Source: an uncultured Acidimicrobiia bacterium (lineage in GTDB: Bacteria; Actinomycetota; Acidimicrobiia; Spongiisociales; UBA11373). From it: a DNA stretch of 64,000 bases. The position numbers were made by a program, and so were the translations under genes. Below the pieces are notes generated by a model. It did not search any database and was not told where the DNA came from. It saw only the letters and a program-made list of their open reading frames with translations. Where the stretch lies: positions 100,382-164,381 of the forward strand of contig CAWCKE010000007.1 of assembly GCA_963796115.1 (NCBI GenBank), in the 5' to 3' direction. Below, piece after piece: positions 53,571 through 63,931 of this stretch (the stretch's first letter is position 1; every line of letters begins with the position of its first letter).

Positions 53571-55113
53571 ATGCTCCTCGCCGATCTCGCGGATACCTGG
53601 CGGCAGGTGCGGGCCACCAGCTCCCGCACGGCCAAGGTCCGCCTCCTCGCGGGGTGTCTGCGGGCCATGCAGCCCGCCGAGGTGTCCGTCGGGGCAGCGT
53701 TCCTGGCCGGCGAGTTGCCGGCGGGTCGCATCGGCGTGGGCTGGAGCATGCTGGGCGCCGCCCCTCCCCCACCGCCGGCGCTCTCTCCCCTTCTGACGCT
53801 GAGCGACGCCGACCGGCTGCTCCGGCGGATAGCGGATGTCGCCGGCGCGGGAAGCCAGCGGGAGCGGGCACGGTTGCTGGAGGAGCTGCTGGGGGCGGCC
53901 ACGGAGGCCGAGCAGGAGTTCCTCCGGTCGCTCATCATGCGGGACCTTCGCCAGGGGGCGCTGGGGGGTCTGGTCGTCGAGGCAGTGGCGGCCGCGGCGA
54001 GCTTGCCGTCCGAGGAGGTGCGCCGGGCCCTCATGGTGGCCGGCGACCTGGGCCAAGTGGCCCGGACGGCCCTGGAAGCCGGGGAGGGCGGCCTGCGCCG
54101 CTTGCGGCTGACGCTGTTCCGCCCGCTCCTGCCGATGCTGGCCCAGACCGCCGCGGGGGTGGACGAGGCCCTCGCCCGGCTGGGGCGGGTCTCCCTGGAG
54201 GCCAAGGTGGACGGGGCTCGGATCCAGGTGCACCGGCAGGGCAGCCGGGTGGCGGTGTACACCCGGAGCCTGCGGGAGATAACCGCCTGGGTGCCCGAGG
54301 TGGTCGAGGCGGTGGCGGCCCTCCCGGTGGAGTCCGTCATTCTCGACGGGGAGGCGGTGGCGCTGGACGCGGGCGGTACCCCTCTCCCCTTCCAGGCCAC
54401 CATGGGCCGCTTCGGCAGCACTCGGGAGGCCGAGCAGAAGCGCCTCGACGTCCCGCTGACCCCGCTCCTCTTCGACTGCCTGCACCTCGACGGGGAAGAC
54501 CTCATCGACCGGCCGGGCGAGGAGCGGGCCGCCGCCCTCGGGGGCGTGGTCGGAAACGCGCTCCTGGTGCCCCGCCTGGTCACCGACCGCCCGGCCCGAG
54601 CCGCGGCCTTCTACCGCCGGGTGCTGGCGCAGGGCCACGAAGGGGTGCTCGCCAAGGACCCGGCGGCGACCTATGAGGCCGGCCGGCGGGGGGCCTCCTG
54701 GCTGAAGGTGAAGCCGGTGCACACGCTCGACCTGGTGGTGCTGGCCGCCGAGTGGGGTTCGGGGCGGCGTCGGGGGTGGCTGTCCAACCTGCACCTGGGG
54801 GCTCGCGATCCCGGCCGGGGGCGGGTTTGTCATGCTCGGCAAGACCTTCAAGGGCTTGACCGACGAGATGCTCGAGTGGCAGACGCTTCGCCTGCTGCAA
54901 CTGGAGGAGGCGCGGGAAGGCCACGTGGTGGTGGTGCGCCCGGAACTGGTGGTCGAGGTCGCCTTCGACGGGGTGCAGGCCAGCCCCCGCTACCCGGGCG
55001 GGGTGGCTTTGCGCTTCGCCCGGGTGAAGGCCTACCGCGAGGACAAGGCGGCCTCGGGGGCCGATACTCTCGACGCGGTGCTGGCCATCGGCCGGCGGGA
55101 GGGCGTCCGGTAG
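53571..55113 (+). CDS. ligB: ATP-dependent DNA ligase (LigB-type; frameshift near 54820)
   Basis: [39 protein letters not shown]. Confidence 0.92.
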
Positions 55114-55177
55114 GCGCCCCGGGCCCGGGCTGCCGTTTCCTGTCAGGTTCCCGGCGGTTCGTGCCGATGGAGCCTGT

Positions 55178-56320
55178 ATGGCCATCCGGTTCGCCCGGCG
55201 ATGGGGCGTAGCCCTTCTGGTGGCGGCGGTGCCGCTTGCCGGCGTGGTGCCCGCCGGGGCCGATGAGACAGCCCCGGCGCCGGCGGGCACCATCACCGCT
55301 ACCCACTTCTATGGGGAACGGGTCGAGTACCCGATGCTCTTCCCTGTGGCGGGGAGGACATCCTCTTCGCCGACGACGAGTACATCGGCTTCGGTGCTTG
55401 CCGCGCGGGCTGCAGCCGCCTCCATGAAGGCGTCGATGTGATGGCTCCCAAGATGACCGAGGTGTACGCGGTGGCCGACGCCACCGTCAGCTGGGTCGGC
55501 TCCCGATGCTGCTCGGTGTTCCTGCAGCACGACGACGGGTGGTGGTCCTGGTACATCCACCTCAACAACGACACCCCGGGCACCGACGACGGCCTGGCCT
55601 GGGGGATCGCCGAGGGCATCGTGCCCGGCGCCCGGGTCACGGCGGGCCAGCTGATCGGGTGGGTAGGCGACAGCGGCAACGCCGAGGACACCGACCCTCA
55701 CCTGCACTTCGAGCTCCACGACGCCTACGCCGTCAAGGTGGACCCCTACCCCTCGCTGCTGCTGGCTCAGACGGGGGTAGGCGGGGTGTGCGCCCGGAGC
55801 GAGGCAGCCCCGCTCGCCGACCTGCTGGAGGCCGGAGTCACCCTCCAGAAGGGGATGCAGGGGGCGGCCGTGTACGAACTGCAGGGGTTCCTCGCCACCC
55901 GTGGGTATCAGGTGGGTTCCATCGACGGGATCTTCGGTGAGCGCACCTATCGGGCCCTGCGGGCCTTCCAGAGGAGCCAGGCGATCAAGATCGACGGGAT
56001 CGTCGGGTCGGAGACCCGGGCGGTCATCGTCGCCTTCACCCAGCGGAAGGCCCTGGCCTCGCTCCTGGACCTGGACGGAAGGCTCCTCACTTCGGGGATG
56101 CGCGGGCCCGAGGTGGGTGAGCTCAAGCGCTGGCTGCGGGCCGTCGGCTACGACCCCGGGCCGCGGCCCTTCAACGGGGTGTTCGATGCGCTCACGGTGA
56201 GCGCCCTCGGTTCCTTCCAACAGGCGGCCGGCCTTCCCGCCGACCGGCACGGTGGACTCCGCCACGCGGGCGGCGCTGCACGAGGCCCTATGGCTTGTGC
56301 GCCCCGACGGCTGCGGGTAA
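55178..56320 (+). CDS. Secreted M23 peptidase with peptidoglycan-binding domains (frameshifts near 55355 and 56245)
   Basis: Signal peptide, HEGVD, YIHL, VGDSG, PHLHFE; LQ.G..G..V..LQ..L...GY...DGIFG..T...FQ. Confidence 0.85.
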
Positions 56321-56397
56321 CGGGGAGGGGTCCGGCCCGGTCCCGCGTGGGTCTGCCAGACTCTGCGTTGTCGCTGAATTGGCGGAGGATCCTCGTG

Positions 56398-57178
56398 ATG
56401 GACCGTGTGCTGCGCCTCGAGCGTGTCCGGAATGCGCGGGAGTTGGGCGGGCCTCCCCACGGCGGACGGGCGGCAGGTCGCCGCCGGCCGTCTTTTCCGC
56501 TCGGGGTCGCTGCACGAGATGAGCGACGGGGACCGCCGGGCGCTGGAGTCCAGGGGCGTGCGCATCGTGGTCGACCTGCGCTCCCGCTACGAGCAACAGC
56601 GGCAGTCCTACGAATGGCCGGCCGGCCGTAAGGTCGCTGCTCCCCTGGCCGACGACGAGGTGGTGGCCGACATCTTCCGCCGCTTCGAGGCCGGGAGGCT
56701 GTCCGAGCTGGATGTCGCGGATTGGTGGAACCTGACCGGCGTGTTCGACATCCCGGTCCAGCATCACTTGTCGATGGGCACGATCTTCGCCACCCTCCTG
56801 GAAGCCGGACCGGGAGAAGGAGTGCTCTTCCATTGCACCGGCGGCAAGGACCGCACGGGGGTAACCGTGGCATTCGTCCTCTCAGCGCTGGGAGTTACTC
56901 ACGACGCGATCGTTGAGGACTTCCTGCTGACCAACGCCGAGGCGGCGGAGGGGGCCGCCGAGATCATGGCTGCGGTGAAGAGGGCCACGGGTCACCCGAT
57001 GAGCCCCGAGACGGCCTACTGGCTCGCCGGGGTCAAGGGCGAGTGGATCGAGACCCTGCTGCACCGGACGGCGGACTGCTATGGGTCGGTGGCGGGGTAC
57101 CTGAGCGAGCAGCTGGGTATCGGCGCCGCGGAGTTGACAGGCCTGCAGGATCGCTTCCTGGTGCGGCCGGGGGCCTGA
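56398..57178 (+). CDS. Tyrosine-protein phosphatase (PtpB/Y_phosphatase3-like; frameshift near 56455)
   Basis: NARELGG, LFRSG, VDLR, HCTGGKDRTG P-loop. Confidence 0.9.
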
Positions 57179-57328
57179 GAGAGCCGACGTACCCGGGGGC
57201 CGAAGTCGGCCGCCGGGAGGGGCCTACCGCTCAGCTCGTCGGGGCCCCGGATGCCGATCGCTTCCTGATCGGCGGCGCGTGTCTATGAACGGGGTGGCGG
57301 CCCGCCGGCCGCGGGCGCAGGGGCACTG

Positions 57329-58117
57329 CTACTCCCGCTGGCCGACGAAGAGAGCCTGGTTGGCCCGGCCGACGAACCCCCTGGTGTCGAAGAGGGCCGT
57401 GTCCGATATGCCGCGCCCGCCGGGGTCCAGGTGGGAAACCGCCTCGAGGGCGATCCACTCCCCTTCCGGCTCCCGGGCCAGGTAGACCCCGATGTCGGTG
57501 TTGGGGAAGAGCCACCGGTCGAAGGGGACCGTCCAGGAGATCCCGTTGGCGGAGTCGACGACGGCCATCAGGGTTTGCAGGGGCGTCGGGGCTTCGCCGA
57601 AGACCACCGGCACCCGAAGCCGGAACCACATGGTGGCCCGGCCCGGCCGCTCGATGCCGCCGGATACGAAGCGCTTGTCCACGGCATGGCCGAAGAAGTC
57701 CACATACTCCCGGAAGGTGCGGTGGTAGGCCGGCAGGGTCTCGGGCAGGGGGGGCATCGGCGGTGGCGTGTCCACCGGCGGCGGGAGCGGCAAGGGGCCG
57801 GTGCGCCGCACCCGCCAGGCGAAGGCCCGCATCAGGGTCGCTCCCTCCGGGTCGGACACCTTCGCCTCGATCAACTGCACCCGTCGTCCTCCCCGGTCCA
57901 GACCGGTCTCCAGCCGAAGCGGGACCACCGGTATCTCCCCCATGATGTCGATGGTGAGACGGACCACCCACCAGGCCTCCCCGTCCATGCCTTCCATTGC
58001 CCGGGCGATCAGCGCGGCCGGGGGCCCGCCGTGCAGGGCTTGATCGGTCCACGGGCTGCGGGCGAGTTCGGTGGGGACGAAGAGGTCGCCGTCACGATGG
58101 AACAGGGCATCGGCCAT
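57329..58117 (-). CDS. Thioesterase-family (hotdog) protein
   Basis: SPW..ALHGGPP, DSANG, FPNTD..V.L.R.P.GEW. Confidence 0.85.
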   Translation of the reverse strand: MADALFHRDGDLFVPTELARSPWTDQALHGGPPAALIARAMEGMDGEAWWVVRLTIDIMGEIPVVPLRLETGLDRGGRRVQLIEAKVSDPEGATLMRAFAWRVRRTGPLPLPPPVDTPPPMPPLPETLPAYHRTFREYVDFFGHAVDKRFVSGGIERPGRATMWFRLRVPVVFGEAPTPLQTLMAVVDSANGISWTVPFDRWLFPNTDIGVYLAREPEGEWIALEAVSHLDPGGRGISDTALFDTRGFVGRANQALFVGQRE

Positions 58118-58204
58118 GGGCAGATGCTATCGGCGCGGCCGGAGGCCGCGGCATCGCCCGGCGGCCCGAATGTGGTCCCGAGGGTGGCCCGCCGCCCGCG
58201 CCGG

Positions 58205-58771
58205 TCAGTTGAGCGAGGGATCGGGCGGGAAATCGGCGAAGAGGGCCAAGGGCCCGCGCTGGCGGTGGAGCACCCGGCGCCATAGGCCGCCGGGCCCGGC
58301 GGTGAAGGGGTCGTCCTCCTCGGCGGCGAGCACGAACCAATCCCCCGACGCGACCTCGAAGTCGAGCTGCCCGGCCGACCAGCCGGCATAGCCGGCGAAG
58401 ACACGCAGGCGGTCCAACACGGCCACCTCCTCTGCCGGGGGGCTGCCGAGGTTGACCAGGCCGAGCCGGTCATCGACGGGTGTCCATTGCTCGGACTCGG
58501 CTCGGCCCGCGTGCTCCGGGCGCAGGCGGCCGAGGCCCACCGCCATCTCGGGCTGCACCGGTCCCCCGAGAAAGACGACGTTGGGCGGGGCCAAGGGCTC
58601 CACCCAGTCCGGCAGGGCCTCGCCGACGGTGACGGAGGTGAGACGGTTCAGGATCACGCCCAGCGCGCCGTCGTCGTCGTGGCGGCACACGAGCACCACG
58701 GCCCTGATGAAGTTGGGATCCACCAGGCGCGGGGCGGCCACCAGGAGCCGGCCGGTGAGGGGGGTGCCCAT
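58205..58771 (-). CDS. YqgE/AlgH-family protein (DUF179)
   Basis: LLVAAP.L.DPNF.R.V, GALGVILNR, GGPV, FAGYAGWSAGQL, PSLN. Confidence 0.92.
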   Translation of the reverse strand: MGTPLTGRLLVAAPRLVDPNFIRAVVLVCRHDDDGALGVILNRLTSVTVGEALPDWVEPLAPPNVVFLGGPVQPEMAVGLGRLRPEHAGRAESEQWTPVDDRLGLVNLGSPPAEEVAVLDRLRVFAGYAGWSAGQLDFEVASGDWFVLAAEEDDPFTAGPGGLWRRVLHRQRGPLALFADFPPDPSLN

Positions 58772-58832
58772 GCCCTCATGATGCCACCAGCGGTGGCCCC
58801 GTCGCCGGCCGGACTCGGGTAGCGTCGCACTG

Positions 58833-59909
58833 ATGGACGGAGCGGCGGGGCCGACCCCGCGGGAGTCGGGTAGGGCGAAGCGGATCATCCAGGCGGTGGT
58901 CTCGCTGGCCATCGCCTGGGCGCTGCTGGTCGGGGTGCTCCCCCGCCTGGCCGACCTCGGCGAGGTGTGGGCCACCGTGCGGAGCATGACCGCCATCCAG
59001 GCGATCGTGCTGGTCGGCTTCGCGGTGTGGAACCTGTTCGGCTACCAGTTGGTCATGATGGCGTCGCTGCCCGGGCTGCGCGTGCGGCACGCCTTCCTGG
59101 CCGGCCAGATCGCCGCCGCGGTCACCAACACCGTCCCCGCGGGCAGCGTCGTGGGGATCGGGGTCACCTACGCCGTGCTCTCCTCCTTCGGTCACGGCGC
59201 CGGGAACATCGCCTTGGCGTCGGTGCTCTCCGGGTGGTGGAACGCCCTGGTCATCTTCGGCCTGCCTGCCGTGGCCGCGTTGCTGCTCGCCTTGCGCGGG
59301 GCCACCAACACCCTGCTGCTGACGGCCTCGGCCGTCGGCCTAGCCCTCCTGGCCGCGGCGATCGCGGTGCTGGTCCTGGTATCCACCAGAGAGCGGTTCG
59401 CCCGGGCGGTGGGCAGGATCAGCGGGAAGGTCGTCTCGGCCCTGCGGCGCCCGCTGCGGAAGGGGCCGGTGCGGGGCTGGGACGACGGGCTCGCCCGATT
59501 CCAGAAGGGCAGCGCGGTCATCATCCGCCGGCGATGGCACTTGCTCACGCTGGCGACGCTGATCAGTCACCTGTCGATCTTCTGGGTTCTGCTCGCCTGC
59601 CTGCGCGATCTGGGCGTGGGCCCCGAGGTGATCTCGTGGCCGGAGGCGCTCGGGGCCTTCGCCGTCGTGCGGCTGGCCACCGCCGTGCCCATCACTCCGG
59701 GCGGTCTCGGCCTGGTGGAGGTGGGCCTGACGGCCGCCCTCGTCCTGATCGCCGGCGAGGCGGCTGAGATCGAATCCGCAGTGGTGGCCGCCGTGCTCCT
59801 GTTCCGGGCCCTGACCTTCCTGCTCCAGGTCATGCTGGGCGTGGTCTGTTACATGGCCTGGCGGTGGGAGGCCCGGCGCCAGAAGAGCCAGGCCGCGCAG
59901 CCCTCCTGA
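58833..59909 (+). CDS. Lysylphosphatidylglycerol synthase TM / YbhN-family membrane protein
   Basis: Multi-TM; NTVPAG, PITPGGLGLVE, LLFRALTF. Confidence 0.82.
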   Translation: MDGAAGPTPRESGRAKRIIQAVVSLAIAWALLVGVLPRLADLGEVWATVRSMTAIQAIVLVGFAVWNLFGYQLVMMASLPGLRVRHAFLAGQIAAAVTNTVPAGSVVGIGVTYAVLSSFGHGAGNIALASVLSGWWNALVIFGLPAVAALLLALRGATNTLLLTASAVGLALLAAAIAVLVLVSTRERFARAVGRISGKVVSALRRPLRKGPVRGWDDGLARFQKGSAVIIRRRWHLLTLATLISHLSIFWVLLACLRDLGVGPEVISWPEALGAFAVVRLATAVPITPGGLGLVEVGLTAALVLIAGEAAEIESAVVAAVLLFRALTFLLQVMLGVVCYMAWRWEARRQKSQAAQPS

Positions 59910-60045
59910 GAGCCGCTCGGCGGCGGGGCCGGCGGGCTGGGGTCGTCGCATCACGCGTGAACCACACGCGCGTGTTTGCCCAGGTCGGAGGCGCTTGACG
60001 GGGAGGGTACGGTGAGGCTGCCTTCGAACCCTGCGGGAGACCACC

Positions 60046-60246
60046 GTGGCTTGGTGCTGGACCGACACTCTGGCTGCTCTCCTGGTCGAGCACGACCGGG
60101 TGGCGCCCACGCGGGTGGCCGACTGGGTGGAGCGGCCGGTGGCCTACCGCCTGGCGGACGACGCCCAGGCGCTGGAGCTGGCCCGGGGGCTCCTGCGCCC
60201 GGAGGCGGCCGCGTCGCCGGCAGCAGCGGCGTCCCCGGCCTCCTGA
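60046..60246 (+). CDS. Small hypothetical protein
   Basis: GGGAGA RBS before GTG, GC3-rich codons; no recognised domain. Confidence 0.45.
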   Translation: MAWCWTDTLAALLVEHDRVAPTRVADWVERPVAYRLADDAQALELARGLLRPEAAASPAAAASPAS

Positions 60247-60295
60247 CGCGGGCGGGCCGCCGCGCCGGCGCGGCGGCCCGTGAGCCCAGGTCGGG

Positions 60296-60841
60296 TCAGA
60301 CGAAGATGATCTGGGCGTCCCGGCTGAGATCCAGGAAGTCGGACACGTTGATGATGTCTTCGACCTCCTCGATGAAGTCGGCCTTGGTGAGCTTCATCAT
60401 GTCCACCGACATCCTGCAGGCCCAGAGGTGCCCGCCGGCGTCTGTGAGTTGGGTGAGGAACTCGTGCACCGGTGGCACGGCGAGGCCCGCGATCTTCCCT
60501 CGCATCATCCAACTGGCGATGCTGCTCATCCCCGGCAAGGCCCCCAGCAGCTGCGGCATGGCCAGCGAGGTGCTCCCGATGCGCATCGCCGTGTTCCCCA
60601 CCGGCGTCATGGTCAGCTTGTCCACGGTCTTGCGGCGGATGATGTCCAGGCCCCAGAAGGTGAAGAAGAGGTGCGTCTCGATGCCCTCCTGCGCCGCGCC
60701 GTTGCCCATGATCAGGCCCGGGTAGGCCATGTCGAGGGTGCCCTTGGAGCAGATGATGGCGAGCTTGCGTCCCTGATCGGCGTCGAACTGGGGGGCGATG
60801 AAGCCCTGGCTCTCGGTGGTCACTGGTCGGCTCCCTTCCAT
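60296..60841 (-). CDS. DsrE/DsrF/DrsH-like sulfur-relay protein (DsrE2 type)
   Basis: SKGTLD.AYP, FFTFWGL, ACRMSVDMM conserved Cys. Confidence 0.9.
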   Translation of the reverse strand: MEGSRPVTTESQGFIAPQFDADQGRKLAIICSKGTLDMAYPGLIMGNGAAQEGIETHLFFTFWGLDIIRRKTVDKLTMTPVGNTAMRIGSTSLAMPQLLGALPGMSSIASWMMRGKIAGLAVPPVHEFLTQLTDAGGHLWACRMSVDMMKLTKADFIEEVEDIINVSDFLDLSRDAQIIFV

Positions 60842-60847
60842 CCGGTC

Positions 60848-61165
60848 CTAGACACAGCCCTTGGGCTTGGGCAGCCCGGAGACGTAGGCCATCTTCCGCG
60901 CCGGCTTGCCGGGGAACAGCCCGTACAGCTCCTTGGTGGGGACGCCGGCGAGCGTGGACACCCGGCGCAGGGTGGCCGTCTCGCCCTGCTCGGCGAAGTC
61001 GCCGCGCAGGAAGCGGATCACCTTCCAGTGCGCCTCGGTGAGCGGGTCGATGCCGATCTGGCGTGCCAGGAAGGCGGCGATCTCCTCGTTCCACTCGTTG
61101 GCGTCGGTCATGAAGCCCTCGTCGTTGAGGTGGACGTCACGGCCGGCGATGGTGGCGGTGGGCAT
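60848..61165 (-). CDS. TusE/DsrC/DsvC-family sulfur carrier (single C-terminal Cys)
   Basis: DEGF....WNE, LTEAHWKVI.FLR, LY.LFP, GLPKPKGCV. Confidence 0.9.
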   Translation of the reverse strand: MPTATIAGRDVHLNDEGFMTDANEWNEEIAAFLARQIGIDPLTEAHWKVIRFLRGDFAEQGETATLRRVSTLAGVPTKELYGLFPGKPARKMAYVSGLPKPKGCV

Positions 61166-61197
61166 GTGCGTGTCTCTCCTTGTCGTGGTTCTGAGTG

Positions 61198-61903
61198 TCA
61201 GGCGTGGTGGTCGGCCTTCTCTTGCGCGGGCCGGGCGCCGAGGGCCTCGAGCAGGCTGAGGACGCGGGCCAGGCCCGCGGCGCGCCTGGGGGTGGCGGAC
61301 TTGCCACAGCAGACGGACCAGGCCCTTGTCCTCGGCCGGGGCATGCTGCAGGGCCAGGGCCAGGTCCTGGACCAGGCGCAGCACCTCCGGGTGGGCCAGG
61401 TCCTTCAGGGCCTGGGTCGCGGCGGGCATGGACTCGCCCAGGGCGCGCAACTCGTCGGGGCCGAGAGAAGCGACCACCTGGTCGAGAAGGGGCTTGGCAC
61501 CCCTGACGAAGGCGAAGTAGCCCCGCTGCTCCAGGTCGTCGAGGCCCCGCATGGCCGCGGTGAGGACCTCGCGGCCCAGCGGCGACAGGTCGGCCCCGAG
61601 CTGCGACAGGCTCTCCACCTGGTCGAGAAGGGCCTCCAGGTACGGCAGGTCGCGCAGCACCCGTTTCAGCATGCGCAGAAGGCCGGAGGGCTCGACGAAG
61701 GCCCGCACGTCGTCCAGCTCCCTGCTCAGCCGCTCCATGGCCTCCGCCGTCATCGGGGCCAGGTCGTGCCGGAGCTCGTCCCACATGCCGCGCCGCAGTT
61801 CTTGCTCGCGCAAGGCGGCGGCCACGAAGTCCAGCTGGTGGGACACGGCGTCGAGCTTGGCCTCCAGCGCGGCCAGGCGGTCTTCAGCCACTGCCGTGGT
61901 CAT
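61198..61903 (-). CDS. DUF1641-domain protein (frameshift near 61280)
   Basis: LE.RGYFAF, GLVRLL..VRHPQAR.GL C-terminal motif; typical partner of type III SQR. Confidence 0.75.
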
Positions 61904-63135
61904 GCTCTCAGCTCCTTCCCATACATGCTCATCTCGGCCGGGAGGGGCAGCTCGCGGCCGCGCAGGAGCATGTTCCAGTAGACCCAGCGGAACATCATCT
62001 TCCCCCAGTGGTTGGTGACCGTCTCCTGGAGCAGGGAGAACGGGCCTATGCCCGGCAGCGGGTACTTGCCGGGCAGCGGCTCGGTGTCGTAGTTGAAGTC
62101 GATGAGCAGGCCCTTGCCGAAGCCCGACTCGATGAAGCAGTTGGCGTGCCCGTCGAACTGCTCGAGCATGGGCAGGCCCTCCACGTACCGGGGGAAGTTC
62201 TCGGCGAAGCCCTCGACGGCGAAGTGGGCCACGGACCCTGCCTTGGAGGTGGGCAGGTCGGCGGCGTCCCCGATGGCGAAGATGTTGGCGTGCTCCGGGG
62301 ACAGGAAGGTGCCCTTGTCCACCGGCACGTGGTTGAGCTCGTCGCCGAGCCCGGAGCGGGCGATCACCCCGGCTCCCATGTTCACCGGCACGGTGACCAG
62401 GAGGTCGTAGGGGAGCTCCCGCTCGTCGTAGGAGACCAGCGTGTTGCGGTCGGCATCGACGCGCTCGACGTAGAAGTCGGTTTCGACGGCGATCCCCTTC
62501 TCGTCCAGCAGGTGGGAGAGGTGGCGGGCGGCGACGGGCTTGGTGAAGACCTCGCCGAGCGGGGTGGCGAAGACGATCTCCACCCGGTCGCGCATCCCCT
62601 TCTCGTGGAACCACCAGTCGGCCAGGAAGGTGAACTCGAGGGGAGCCACCGGGCACTTGAAGGGGGTCTCCATGATGTTGATGACGAGCCGGCCCCCCTC
62701 CCAGGTCTTGAGCCGCTCGTAGAGGGCGACGGCCCCCTCCAGCGAGTAGTAGTGGTGGACGGTGTCGCCCAGCGCCGGGCCGTCGAGCCCGGGCGTCTGC
62801 GAAGGCGTCGGCTGGGTCCCGGTGGCCACGACGAGGTAGTCGTACTCGAGGTGACGGCCGTCGGCCAGGGCCACTCGCTGGCGGGCGGTGTCGATGGCCT
62901 CTATGCCCGAGAGGTCCATGTCCACTCCGGCCGGGATGAAGTCGCGGCGCGGCTTCATGACGTCCTGCGCCCGGTAGATGCCGAAGGGGATGAAGAGAAA
63001 CCCGGGCTGGTAGTAGTGGCACGGCATCTGATCGACGATGGTGATCTGCCATTCGCCCGGGTCCAGGCGGGGCCGGAGCTTGTTGACCACCATGGTTCCC
63101 GCAGTGCCGGCCCCCAGTACCAACAGCTTCTTCAC
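61900..63135 (-). CDS. sqr: Sulfide:quinone oxidoreductase (type III-like)
   Basis: GAGTAG, YQPG, KCPVAPLE, FAIGD, SKAGSVAH, GHANCFIE, NHWGK..F.W.YW. Confidence 0.88.
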   Translation of the reverse strand: MKKLLVLGAGTAGTMVVNKLRPRLDPGEWQITIVDQMPCHYYQPGFLFIPFGIYRAQDVMKPRRDFIPAGVDMDLSGIEAIDTARQRVALADGRHLEYDYLVVATGTQPTPSQTPGLDGPALGDTVHHYYSLEGAVALYERLKTWEGGRLVINIMETPFKCPVAPLEFTFLADWWFHEKGMRDRVEIVFATPLGEVFTKPVAARHLSHLLDEKGIAVETDFYVERVDADRNTLVSYDERELPYDLLVTVPVNMGAGVIARSGLGDELNHVPVDKGTFLSPEHANIFAIGDAADLPTSKAGSVAHFAVEGFAENFPRYVEGLPMLEQFDGHANCFIESGFGKGLLIDFNYDTEPLPGKYPLPGIGPFSLLQETVTNHWGKMMFRWVYWNMLLRGRELPLPAEMSMYGKELRA

Positions 63136-63921
63136 TGGTCGCTCCTTCGTCCTGGTTCATCCGGCGGGCCGCTCGGGGCCCGCGTCACCAATTCACCGTC
63201 GGCGGCGAGGCGGGACAGGAAGGCCCCGAGCCGCGGCAGCAGCCGCAGCAACCGATCCTGCTCCTCCCGGTTGAGCCGGTGGACTTCGCCGATGTGAGCC
63301 GAGAGCAGGTCGGCGGGCACTTCGAGCCCCGCCGCCAGGCGTTCGACCTCGGCGGGGGCGGGAGGCCAGTCCTCCGGCGCGAGCCCCCCCACCATCACCA
63401 TGCCCTTGAGCTGAGCACCCACGCGCACGAGGGTGCGGGCACACAGGAAGCCCAAGGGGGTCGCCTTCCATTGCGGCTCGAGGTCGGGGTCGTCGGCCAT
63501 GTCGCGCCAGCCGGAGATGCAGCGTTCGAGGACTCCGGGGTGGCTGTGGGCGGCGGCGAAGAGCCCGCAGGGGTTGCCGACATCGGTGAGGGGGCGGCCG
63601 GCCATGTCGGTCACCACGACCATCACGCCGAGAAGCTCACCGAGCAGGCTGGTGAGCGCCTGCATCGAATCCGATGTGATGAGGTCGCCCAGCCCGGCAG
63701 CCGGGGGTGCCAACTGCGCTCCACGGTGATCGAGCCAGTGGTAGAGAACGATCCGCGGGGAAGCGCCATTGCCTGCCCACCTTTATGGCCGGGAGGCGAC
63801 CCGCCTCGGCCATTCGGTAGATGGTGGACTTGTCGACCTTGATCAGGCCCTGCACATCCCTCGTGGTCAGCAGAGTGGGACGGGCCGCTGCATCTCCTGC
63901 ATTCTGGTGCATCTCCTGCAT
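63132..63921 (-). CDS. Excisionase-like HTH plus PocR ligand-binding domain regulator (frameshift near 63745)
   Basis: LLTTRDVQGLIKVDKSTIYRMAEAGRLPAIKVGRQWRF, then VVTDMAGRPLT..NPC..., C....W, G.VMVGG. Confidence 0.8.
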
Positions 63922-63931
63922 CACTATGCAG
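63889..63931. repeat. Phased TGCAT direct repeats over the regulator start
   Basis: TGCATCTCCTGCAT at 63889 and 63908; TGCA(T/G) at 63889, 63898, 63908, 63917, 63927. Confidence 0.7.

Noticed and set aside
43400-60010. KOPS (GGGNAGGG) polarity switch at dif
   Set aside because: Plus-strand copies occur on both sides of the site by eye, and the motif is common in GC-rich DNA. It cannot be used as support without a count.
60848-61165. DsrC as a marker of dissimilatory sulfite reduction
   Set aside because: Only the penultimate Cys is present (KMAYVSGLPKPKGCV lacks the Cys-x10-Cys pair) and there is no dsrAB in the window, so it is TusE-like.
63745-63921. Excisionase implying a prophage or ICE
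   Set aside because: The HTH appears fused to a PocR domain and heads a metabolic operon. No integrase, att site or phage genes are visible.
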